64,000 nt of DNA from an uncultured Alphaproteobacteria bacterium (GTDB lineage: Bacteria > Pseudomonadota > Alphaproteobacteria > Rs-D84): assembly GCA_947175875.1 (NCBI GenBank), contig CAMWON010000002.1, positions 80,357-144,356 of the forward strand. Direction: 5' to 3'. Position 1 is the first letter of the stretch, and each line of letters opens with the position of its first letter. Shown piece by piece: positions 26,506-34,006 of this stretch. Below the pieces are notes generated by a model that saw only the letters and a list, made by a program, of their open reading frames with translations, had not been told where the DNA came from and searched no databases. The position numbers and the translations under genes are program-made.

Positions 26506-27794
26506 TTCTTTTTCTTTATCCAGCCTGCGGCCCGACCGATTGACTTGCCCCAGTTTTTGGCGCCGCTCCATGTCTTTTTCGCGTCGCCTGTCACCTGGGT
26601 GTAGAGCTTGTCGCTGGCCGGGGAATACATTTTTAAGCGCTCGCGCGTTAGGTCAAATATGCGCAGCATTAAATAAAACGTCATTATCGCGGACAGCCAC
26701 AGTATCGAATGCTCGCCAAATCCCATGGCGTGGTTTGCCACCTGGGGGACGTTGGATGCGGCACTGCCGCCGGCGGCGACAACGAACACGGAACTGTTCC
26801 AGTTGAACAGGGCGCGCACAATCGCGACGTTTATCGTTAAAATAAACGCGCATGCAATCATTGTTATCACCAGGGACTGCAGCGCCTTGGTAATTCCGGA
26901 AAATGCCGGCCATATGTCGAACCATTTGTCCGGGTTCTTGGGCTTTACGACCCATGTCAAGACCTGGAACGGGTACAGAATCAGCGCCATTCCAAATTCA
27001 AATATCGCCTGAATAATCAGCAGCGCCATAAACAGATTACACCCGACAAACGCCGTCACAATCAATATGCCCGAGACCAGATTCATAAAGTCTTCGCCGC
27101 CGTGCGGTATTAGTGTTATCAGTCCGCGCAGCCCCCGGTGTATAAAATCAAATCCGCGCTTTATCATCTGGTTGTTCGTGTGGCTGATGTCGGCGATTGG
27201 CTGGGTTAAAAATTCACAGCTGCGCTCCGATATCCATTCCTTTTCCAGAATGTCCGGCGGGCATTCGACCGGCGCGGCGGCCGATGCCGCGATGCCGCCC
27301 GTGTTTATTCCGTCGGTGATTGCGCGCGTATAGATTGCACCGAATTCCAGAAACGGATTGACCAGCCATTCCGTCACATATACCGGTTTTATCTGCAATA
27401 AAACCACCGCCGCGATTATTGCGCGCAGGCCGGGCTTTAACATGTTCTGGGCGATGGTCATGCTGTCCGCCTTGCCGGATGCCATTTCGCCGCCGCCGGA
27501 AAATCCAAAGAACGCGACCCATTTTGCGGGGAAATACATTTTCACCAGATACAGGCCCATCGATATCCCCAGAAAGCCCCATATTAAAATGTATATGATG
27601 CCGTCGCCGTTTCCGACAAAGAATTCATATCCGCCCGTTGCGACCGCCATGAACGCGTCCAGCACCATCGGCACGAACGGCGCCAAATTAAAGCTGTCGA
27701 CGATGCCCCAGTCGGCATGCGCCGCGCACGGCGCCATAAGTGCGGCAAAAAACAGCGCGGCCGACAAAATTTTTTTTATTCTGGTCATATACAT
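26502..27794 (-). CDS. Polytopic inner-membrane protein, VirB6/TrbL-like paralog D (putative)
   Basis: 430 aa; signal peptide MYMTRIKKILSAALFFAALMAPCAAHA; periplasmic segment, TM bundle and KKKK tail. First gene of the four-gene minus-strand run. Confidence 0.5.
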   Translation of the reverse strand: MYMTRIKKILSAALFFAALMAPCAAHADWGIVDSFNLAPFVPMVLDAFMAVATGGYEFFVGNGDGIIYILIWGFLGISMGLYLVKMYFPAKWVAFFGFSGGGEMASGKADSMTIAQNMLKPGLRAIIAAVVLLQIKPVYVTEWLVNPFLEFGAIYTRAITDGINTGGIAASAAAPVECPPDILEKEWISERSCEFLTQPIADISHTNNQMIKRGFDFIHRGLRGLITLIPHGGEDFMNLVSGILIVTAFVGCNLFMALLIIQAIFEFGMALILYPFQVLTWVVKPKNPDKWFDIWPAFSGITKALQSLVITMIACAFILTINVAIVRALFNWNSSVFVVAAGGSAASNVPQVANHAMGFGEHSILWLSAIMTFYLMLRIFDLTRERLKMYSPASDKLYTQVTGDAKKTWSGAKNWGKSIGRAAGWIKKKK

Positions 27795-27817
27795 ATATAT
27801 TTATTGTTTTCAATTAT

Positions 27818-27841
27818 ATCACATTTGAGGGAAAATGTGAT
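27818..27841. promoter_or_regulatory. Perfect palindrome ATCACATTT-n6-AAATGTGAT in the 60-bp divergent intergenic region between paralogs D and E; candidate operator
   Basis: 9-bp arms with a 6-bp spacer, centred in an AT-rich divergent promoter region (27795-27854). Confidence 0.45.
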
Positions 27842-27854
27842 ATACTTAAAAGCG

Positions 27855-29150
27855 ATGGGGCGCCTAAAAAAATTTTGGATAGTGTTTTTGTCGTTTCTGC
27901 CGCTGTCGGCGGGGGCGGTGGCGCCGTTTGTCGTGGGCGGCATCGCCGGGGCGGTCGGAATTGCGGGCTTTTCAATATTTAGAAGTACGTCGCCCGTCAA
28001 CATGGCGGACGCGCTGTCGTTTTTTTCCAGCTGCTGGTCGTGCGACATGTTCGGCGCCGTTATGGCGACAATGTCGAATTTATTGCCAAAGGCGTACGAT
28101 GCGATTGCGGGCGTCGTGATACCGTTTGCGGCGGCGCTGTCGGCGATATGGTTCGCGTGGAAGATTTTTTCAGGATTTTTAAACGCCAAGATTGACGACC
28201 CGTGGTCCGTCACCGGTGCGTTCGGAACGCATCTGATAAAGCTGGCGGCGGTATGTGCATTGCTGATGGCGCCACTGCCGCGGCTGATAAGCGATATTGT
28301 TATTCAGCCGATATTTACTGTCGGCCTGTCGGTAAATCATATCGCGGCCGACATGGCGGGCGAGGGGAGGTTCAACGAATGCGTCGTCGCAACCGCACTG
28401 GCCGATCCGGTTGTGGTGGATGCGAACGCGGCGGCGGCGGGCGCGTTTTCGCCGTATCTGCGCCACAACCTGGCGTGCGAGGTTGGAAATGTACACCAGA
28501 TGACGGGCCTGGGCATGACGGTTGGATGGACCATGATGAACATGGCGTTTAATTCCAAGTACATGCACAAGATTATGTGGGGCGTGCCGATTTTCCCAAA
28601 TGTCCCGATTTTCTTTTGCGGTCTAATGATAATAGTGCTGTTCTTTTTCGCATTGCTGCCGATACCGATATATTTTCTGGAGATATTTATCACACTGGCG
28701 ATGGATTTGATAATGCTGCCGCTGATGCTGCTGGGGTGGCTGTTCAAGGGGTGGGCCATATTCCCCCAGGGCGGCCGCACGATTAAACAGATGATAGACG
28801 ACGTGATAAAGGGCACGGTCGGCATCGCGATGACGGGCGTGTTTTTGACGTTCTCGATAATGTTTTTGAACGCGGTGTTCGGAAACTGGGGCGGGGCGAC
28901 GCGGTTGGCGGTGGCGCTGGAGAAAAACGATTCGATGTTACTGATGGACGGCCTGTTGATGCGCAACGACAGTATTGTCACAATTATCCTTATGGGGATT
29001 TTCATTGCGATGTTCATGAACATGATTCCCGCGCTGGTCAAGACTTTGTTTAGCATATCGATATCCGACAAGTATTATGAAACAACGAAAAAGAACATAA
29101 ACATAGTATGGGGAAACATGAAAAAATGGTACGCCGCGTTAAAAAAATAA
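27855..29150 (+). CDS. Polytopic inner-membrane protein, VirB6/TrbL-like paralog E (putative), divergent from A-D
   Basis: 431 aa from MGRLKKFWIVFLSFLPLSAGAVA (signal). CWSC motif, then Trp-rich periplasmic loop, 6+ TM helices and a Lys-rich C-terminus. Confidence 0.5.
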   Translation: MGRLKKFWIVFLSFLPLSAGAVAPFVVGGIAGAVGIAGFSIFRSTSPVNMADALSFFSSCWSCDMFGAVMATMSNLLPKAYDAIAGVVIPFAAALSAIWFAWKIFSGFLNAKIDDPWSVTGAFGTHLIKLAAVCALLMAPLPRLISDIVIQPIFTVGLSVNHIAADMAGEGRFNECVVATALADPVVVDANAAAAGAFSPYLRHNLACEVGNVHQMTGLGMTVGWTMMNMAFNSKYMHKIMWGVPIFPNVPIFFCGLMIIVLFFFALLPIPIYFLEIFITLAMDLIMLPLMLLGWLFKGWAIFPQGGRTIKQMIDDVIKGTVGIAMTGVFLTFSIMFLNAVFGNWGGATRLAVALEKNDSMLLMDGLLMRNDSIVTIILMGIFIAMFMNMIPALVKTLFSISISDKYYETTKKNINIVWGNMKKWYAALKK

Positions 29151-29218
29151 AAAATCAAGTGCTTTATTTAACGTGGGGGCCTTTTTTGCATCTTCCGAAT
29201 CTGATATAATTCATAGCA

Positions 29219-29728
29219 ATGAAGAAGTTTCCGATTCTTTACTGGCCCCGCGGTACCAAGAACGATAACGAGTATCGTCTGGCGCGCAAGGTGATAAGCA
29301 ACGCGACCGGCGTCATGCCGACACTGGCGGGTGGTGAAATGGATTTGGCGTCCATATTTGCCGAAAACCCGGAGGCGAGTGTCTATTACCCCGTTTTCTG
29401 TGAAAGCACGGGCTGGTGGGGCGAACTGCTGGGGGGGACGGCCGTTGTCACGGACAAGGTTATTATTTCCCCGGAATGCCAGTTGATGGTAATTGAATCC
29501 GCGCACCACAGCCGTGCGCGCGGCACGACCCAGCTGCTGGCGGCGGAAATATATCCGGCCAGCGGCTTTTTCAAGAAGATGAATTCGGGGATTGCGACGG
29601 TTTCCGACATGCTGGCGACCGATACGGGTACGATACTGGCACTGTTTTCGGGCAAAAGCCCCGCGCCGTTTATAAATATTTTGGAATCAACCGGTAATTC
29701 ATATCTGGGCTGTATCGGGCGGTACTAA
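29219..29728 (+). CDS. Hypothetical protein (169 aa), no recognisable motif
   Basis: ORF with its own -10-like gatataatt upstream and a compact codon-usage-consistent frame. No signal peptide or TM. Confidence 0.45.
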   Translation: MKKFPILYWPRGTKNDNEYRLARKVISNATGVMPTLAGGEMDLASIFAENPEASVYYPVFCESTGWWGELLGGTAVVTDKVIISPECQLMVIESAHHSRARGTTQLLAAEIYPASGFFKKMNSGIATVSDMLATDTGTILALFSGKSPAPFINILESTGNSYLGCIGRY

Positions 29729-29739
29729 TGTATTATCGC

Positions 29740-29767
29740 TTGATTTCTGTAAAAATCCTTGTATAAT
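29740..29767 (+). promoter_or_regulatory. Sigma70-like promoter TTGATT-n16-TATAAT upstream of rpmE
   Basis: -35 ttgatt and -10 tataat separated by a 16-nt spacer, about 30 nt upstream of the rpmE ATG. Confidence 0.4.
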
Positions 29768-29798
29768 CTGCACGCTAAAAAATTAAAAGGGTATTGCT

Positions 29799-30011
29799 AT
29801 GAAAAAAGGTATTCATCCCGCGTATCATGAAATCAACGTCACGATGACGGACGGGAACACCGTGAAAATGTATTCTTCGGTTAAGAAAGATTTGATTCTG
29901 TCGACCGACAATTTGAACCATTCCGCCTGGACCGGCCAGCGTACGAACACCGGCGACAAGGGCCAGCGCGCAAGCCAGTTCAAAAGCAAGTTTGCAGGCT
30001 TTAATTTCTAA
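29799..30011 (+). CDS. rpmE: 50S ribosomal protein L31
   Basis: MKKGIHPAYHEINVTMTDGNTVKMYSS... is a near-canonical L31 N-terminus. 70 aa. Confidence 0.85.
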   Translation: MKKGIHPAYHEINVTMTDGNTVKMYSSVKKDLILSTDNLNHSAWTGQRTNTGDKGQRASQFKSKFAGFNF

Positions 30012-30041
30012 TCATTCATATAAGCGGGCGGGGGCGCAGTC

Positions 30042-30749
30042 ATGGATTTGCTGATAAAAGGTTCCATAGAATTAAACAAGATGTTCGCCGCGCTGCAGCG
30101 TACGGCGGACGGTCTGCGCCGTGATTTCGGCGAGGTGGAAAACCTGCAGCAGTCATTGCGCGGCGCCCGCGACTTTGTCGCAAAGGCGTCCGCCCGGATA
30201 GAGGAAAGCATTCTGCGCGATTTGCTGCTGGTCCGTCCTGCGGCGGGGCTGCTGACCCCGAACGTCAGCCGTGACGGCGACGGCCGCGATGAATTTGTTT
30301 TGGCGATTTCCGGTGCGTCGAACTTTGTTCGCGCAAATCCGCATTTTGCAATATCGCTGGCACTGCGTTCGAATGACGAAACGAAAATCGCGCTGGTATA
30401 TTCCCCGATTGAAGACAGATTATATTATGCCGAAGACGGCCGTGGCGCATACGTGTTTTCCGCGTTTCATTCCGCGCGCTTAAAGGTGTCGAATTTATCA
30501 GACCCGGCAGATTTGACAATCGCATACAATACGTCCGACATTCGTGCGCCGCGCTGTGCAAACCCGCGCCGTACTGGTTGCCCGGCATTGGATTTGGCAT
30601 GGGTTGCCGCGGGTAAGTTTGATGCGTTCGTATCCGATGCGTTGGATTGGGCCGAAATTGCGGCCGGCGATCTAATTGTGCGCGAGGCATCGGGCCATAT
30701 CGAAATGGGGGCGGACTTAATCGCCACCAACGGCAAGGTTGAGTTATAA
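30042..30749 (+). CDS. Inositol monophosphatase-family protein with a divergent metal-binding motif
   Basis: ...RIEESILRDLL (EE motif); FVLAISGASNFVRANPHFAISLAL aligns to the canonical IDPIDGTxNFxxGxPxFAVSIAL block but the Asp-Pro-Ile-Asp-Gly-Thr residues are replaced; WAEIAAG matches W(D/E)xAAG. Confidence 0.6.
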   Translation: MDLLIKGSIELNKMFAALQRTADGLRRDFGEVENLQQSLRGARDFVAKASARIEESILRDLLLVRPAAGLLTPNVSRDGDGRDEFVLAISGASNFVRANPHFAISLALRSNDETKIALVYSPIEDRLYYAEDGRGAYVFSAFHSARLKVSNLSDPADLTIAYNTSDIRAPRCANPRRTGCPALDLAWVAAGKFDAFVSDALDWAEIAAGDLIVREASGHIEMGADLIATNGKVEL

Positions 30750-30775
30750 GTCGCGTTTCGCATGGAATTTTAAGC

Positions 30776-30799
30776 CGCCTCGTAATGGGGCGGTTTTTA
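30776..30799 (+). terminator. Rho-independent terminator after the IMPase-family gene
   Basis: ccgcc-tcgtaatgg-ggcgg followed by ttttt. Coordinates approximate by 1-2 nt. Confidence 0.5.
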
Positions 30800-30827
30800 C
30801 TGGATTGCCGCGGTCGCTGCCGCTCCC

Positions 30828-30867
30828 TCGCAATGACAGTCGGACAAAACTCATTGTCATTGCGAGC
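30828..30867. repeat. 12-bp perfect inverted repeat CTCGCAATGACA-n16-TGTCATTGCGAG
   Basis: Seen directly: the arms are exact reverse complements. It lies between two terminator hairpins in a 570-bp intergenic region. Coordinates approximate by 1-2 nt. Confidence 0.5.
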
Positions 30868-30900
30868 CCCAACAGGGCGTGGCAATCCAGAAATAAAATC

Positions 30901-30921
30901 CCGCCATCGGCGGGATTTTTA
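30901..30921 (+). terminator. Terminator-like hairpin cccgcc-atc-ggcggg + attttt
   Basis: GC stem followed by a T-run. It could terminate a short transcript containing the upstream inverted repeat. Confidence 0.45.
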
Positions 30922-31019
30922 TCATGCAATTTTCATTACAGTGATTGTTAGAAGTCCGGTCGGGCGATGACGATATATTTAAGAAGACGCGATTCGTCGC
31001 CGCCCGTTATAATTAAATA

Positions 31020-31115
31020 AAGACCACCGGAAAATTCAGGTGGTCGGGGTGTTTAGAAAATCGACAAGTAGCGACCCCGTTGGCCTTCGGCGAACCTTAT
31101 AACCAACGGCACCCC
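31020..31115 (+). ncRNA. Candidate structured RNA element (nested GC-rich helices); identity and strand unknown
   Basis: Long-range 10-bp complement GGTCGGGGTG...CACCCCGACC enclosing CCGTTGG...CCAACGG, which encloses a gccTTCGggc-like hairpin. Adjacent hairpin accacc-ggaaaattca-ggtggt. No ORF with sensible composition. Coordinates approximate. Confidence 0.25.
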
Positions 31116-31287
31116 GACCATGTGTGTCAAGGCATAACGGTGCAAAAACGCAACCGCATACGGATTTCAGATAGATGCAATTTGCACCGTACTTGTCGGG
31201 CTTTCTAAAGGCCCCGAACCCAAATTCCCATTCAGGTTCATTTATTATTATACATTACATTCGGGTAAATCACAAGAATAGATTCAT

Positions 31288-31315
31288 TTGACAAACGGGG
31301 GCTTTGGTGTAAAAT
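31288..31315 (+). promoter_or_regulatory. Sigma70-like promoter TTGACA-n16-TAAAAT upstream of fabD
   Basis: Consensus -35 ttgaca and -10 taaaat. The predicted +1 lies only a few nt before the fabD ATG at 31325, which suggests a leaderless or near-leaderless message. Confidence 0.45.
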
Positions 31316-31324
31316 GTGCGCATT

Positions 31325-32299
31325 ATGAAGAAAGACAGAACCATTTTTGTATTCCCCGGCCAGGGCGCCCAGTATGTCGGCATGGGGCGTGAATTGTGCC
31401 GGGAATTTCCGGCGGCCCGCCTTACGTTCGAAGAAATCGGCGATATTACGTCGCGTCATATTTCCACAATTTGCTTTCGCGGCCCGGAAAGCGTTTTAAA
31501 CCGGCCGGTGAACACGTCGCTGGGGACGTTTGCGCATGCGGTGGCGATTTCCCGCGTGATAGAGGCGGAGATGGGAATGCCGCTGTACGATATCGGCGAC
31601 GCGATGGTGGGGCACTCGCTGGGGCAGTACAGTGCGCTGCACTGCGCGGGCAGTCTGTCGCTGCATGATGCGGCGAAACTGGTGTCGGCGCGTTCGCTGT
31701 ACATGTCCATGGGGCGCGGCGGTGTCGGCATGATTGCGATTATCGGATTGAACAAGCATCAGGTGGAAAATCTGTTGTTCTTGGCGGTGGGACGCGGATT
31801 TGCGGCGATTTCAAATCACAATGCCCGCGACCAGTTTATCATCAGCGGCGAGGATGACGCGCTGGACGCAATCCTGGCCGGTGCCACCGCCCAGGGCGCG
31901 CGCATCGCGCGCCGATTGAACATTGCCGTGCCGGCGCATTGCGCATTGATGGCGCCCGCCGCGATTAAGATGCGAAACCGCTTGGCGCGGGTAAAGGTTC
32001 TGGCACCGCGTACTGACTGGTTCTCGAACCAGACCGCCGATTTAATGTCGGCGCCCGCCGACGTAAAACAATCGTTAATCGACCAGATGACGAACGGCGT
32101 GCGCTGGTACGATATTATGGAAAAGTTCCCGGCGTATAATATCACCCGTTCGTACGAGTTGGGGCCGGGGGCGACGCTGACGCGTTTGATTACGCGTGCA
32201 AAAGTCGGGGTGCGCGCCATGCATACCGATTCGGCGGCAAATGTTCGCGCGGTTATAAATGCAATTGCCGCCGATATGGCGCACGATAATTCGCGTTAA
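31325..32299 (+). CDS. fabD: Malonyl CoA-acyl carrier protein transacylase
   Basis: FVFPGQGAQYVGMG at the N-terminus and the GHSLGQYSA active-site serine motif (GHSLG). Confidence 0.85.
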   Translation: MKKDRTIFVFPGQGAQYVGMGRELCREFPAARLTFEEIGDITSRHISTICFRGPESVLNRPVNTSLGTFAHAVAISRVIEAEMGMPLYDIGDAMVGHSLGQYSALHCAGSLSLHDAAKLVSARSLYMSMGRGGVGMIAIIGLNKHQVENLLFLAVGRGFAAISNHNARDQFIISGEDDALDAILAGATAQGARIARRLNIAVPAHCALMAPAAIKMRNRLARVKVLAPRTDWFSNQTADLMSAPADVKQSLIDQMTNGVRWYDIMEKFPAYNITRSYELGPGATLTRLITRAKVGVRAMHTDSAANVRAVINAIAADMAHDNSR

Positions 32300-33564
32300 T
32301 CTTTTTTACGAAAGCTGTCCCAATATTCGACGCGCTTTTTTATCTCGCGCTCGAACCCGCGTTCAATGGGTTTGTAAAATTTTTGACGCGGCATGGATTC
32401 GGGGAAACAGTTCTGGCCGCTGCAGCCTGACGCCGTGTCCGGGTCGTATACGTATCCCGCGCCGTATCCCATGTTTTTCATCATTTTTGTCGGCGCGTTT
32501 AAAATTGTTTTCGGCGGGGGCAGGCTGCCGTTCTCGCGTGCGGCGGCGTATGCGGCCTTTTGCGCCTTGTAATTGCCGACGCTTTTCGGCGCCGTGCCCA
32601 AATATATTACCAGTTCCGTTAATGCCAGGTCGCCCTCCGGACTGCCCATGCGTTCATATAACTGCCACGCGCTAAGCGCCAATTGCATCGCGTTCGGGTC
32701 GGCCAGACCGACATCCTCTATCGCGAAACGCGCCAGACGCCGGAACAGGTACATCGGATCCTGGCCCGATGTCATCATGCGCGCCGTCCAGTACAGCGCC
32801 GCATCCGTGTCCGATGCACGCAGTGATTTGTGCACCGCCGATATTAAATTATAATGCTCGTCCCCACTTTTGTCCGACATGGGCGCGCGCTTTTGCACGG
32901 CGTTGTCCAATTCGTCCGGCGTTAATTCCCCTTTGAATCCGGCGTTCGATAAATATTCGACCGTGTTTAACAAAAAGCGTGCGTCGCCGTCCGCCATTTC
33001 GGCCAGGTGCGCGCGCGCCGCCGTATCCAGCGGCAATTTTTTTCCCAAGTATTCTTCGGCCCGCGATATAAGGGTCAGCAAATCCTCGGTCCCCAGTGCC
33101 GTTAACACCCCGATATGACAGCGCGAGAGCAACGCGTTGTTTAAATTAAAACTGGGGTTTTCGGTCGTGGCGCCGATGAATACGACTGTGCCGTCCTCCA
33201 GATAGGGCAGCAATGTGTCCTGCTGCGTTTTGTTAAAGCGGTGAATTTCGTCGATAAACAGCAGCGTCCCGCGGCCGATGTCACGCGTCATGCGTGCGGC
33301 CTCCATCGCCTTTTTTATATCCGCCGTGCCGGAAAATACCGCCGACATCGGAACAAAATCCATATCGACCGATGCGGCCAATGCGCGCGCGATTGTGGTT
33401 TTGCCGCACCCGGGCGGCCCCCATAAAATCAAATTGGATAATTTACCCGCCGCGACCATGCGGCGAACGATGCCCGTATCGCCCAGCAACGCACGCTGGC
33501 CCAGGACGTCGTCAATCGTCGCAGGGCGCATTAAATCGGCAAGAGGGCGGGTATCTGTGGCCAT
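32296..33564 (-). CDS. rarA: Replication-associated recombination protein A (AAA+ ATPase RarA/MgsA)
   Basis: LILWGPPGCGKTTIARALA Walker A; LFIDEIHRFNKTQQD Walker B/sensor; C-terminal MgsA helical domain (YDPDTASG...). Confidence 0.85.
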   Translation of the reverse strand: MATDTRPLADLMRPATIDDVLGQRALLGDTGIVRRMVAAGKLSNLILWGPPGCGKTTIARALAASVDMDFVPMSAVFSGTADIKKAMEAARMTRDIGRGTLLFIDEIHRFNKTQQDTLLPYLEDGTVVFIGATTENPSFNLNNALLSRCHIGVLTALGTEDLLTLISRAEEYLGKKLPLDTAARAHLAEMADGDARFLLNTVEYLSNAGFKGELTPDELDNAVQKRAPMSDKSGDEHYNLISAVHKSLRASDTDAALYWTARMMTSGQDPMYLFRRLARFAIEDVGLADPNAMQLALSAWQLYERMGSPEGDLALTELVIYLGTAPKSVGNYKAQKAAYAAARENGSLPPPKTILNAPTKMMKNMGYGAGYVYDPDTASGCSGQNCFPESMPRQKFYKPIERGFEREIKKRVEYWDSFRKKD

Positions 33565-33634
33565 TTTATTTAAACTTTACTTTCGTTTTATGGTATAATG
33601 AATTTATTAAATAAACAAGGGATTATATAAAATT

Positions 33635-33994
33635 ATGAGTGACGGAAAGCATTCTGATATCGCGACGGCAATTCTGGCGGCGGCGATAATCGGCGCGCGG
33701 CCCGATACGGACGCGGATGCCGCCGTTCGCATCGCGCGCACTGCATTGACGGGCGGGGCGCAGTGCGTGGGGGCGGACAAAATTGCGGCATCTGTCCGCG
33801 GGGACAAGATTCAGTGTCTGGAGGACGGAACGTGGCACACAATGCTGCGCCGGTATATCGCGCGCAAATACAACATGACCCCGGCGCAGTATCGCGCGAA
33901 ATGGGGCCTGCCGGATGATTATCCGTTTGTGGCGCCGGATTATGCCGCGCGCCGTTCCGACATTGCAAAGAATTCCGGTTTGGGCCGAAAATAA
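33635..33994 (+). CDS. Ros/MucR-family transcriptional regulator (variant zinc-finger region)
   Basis: IQCLEDGTWHTMLRRYIARKYNMTPAQYRAKWGLPDDYPFVAPDYAARRSDIAKNSGLGRK matches the Ros/MucR C-terminal consensus (CLECG..FK.LKRHL...H.LTPEEYREKWGLP.DYPMVAP.Y...RS.LAK..GLG). The second zinc-ligand Cys is Asp here. tatggtataat -10 upstream. Confidence 0.75.
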   Translation: MSDGKHSDIATAILAAAIIGARPDTDADAAVRIARTALTGGAQCVGADKIAASVRGDKIQCLEDGTWHTMLRRYIARKYNMTPAQYRAKWGLPDDYPFVAPDYAARRSDIAKNSGLGRK

Positions 33995-34006
33995 AGGACG
34001 TTTGTT

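Noticed and set aside
30950-31260. Possible RNase P RNA, SRP RNA, 6S RNA or tmRNA in the structured fabD-upstream region
   Set aside because: The region lacks the paired P4 consensus (GGAAAGUCCGG ... ACAGAAcCCGGCUUA) and is too short for rnpB. It has no GGAAGCAGC SRP motif, and no tag-peptide ORF or tRNA-Ala-like acceptor for tmRNA. It is kept only as an unclassified structured-RNA candidate.
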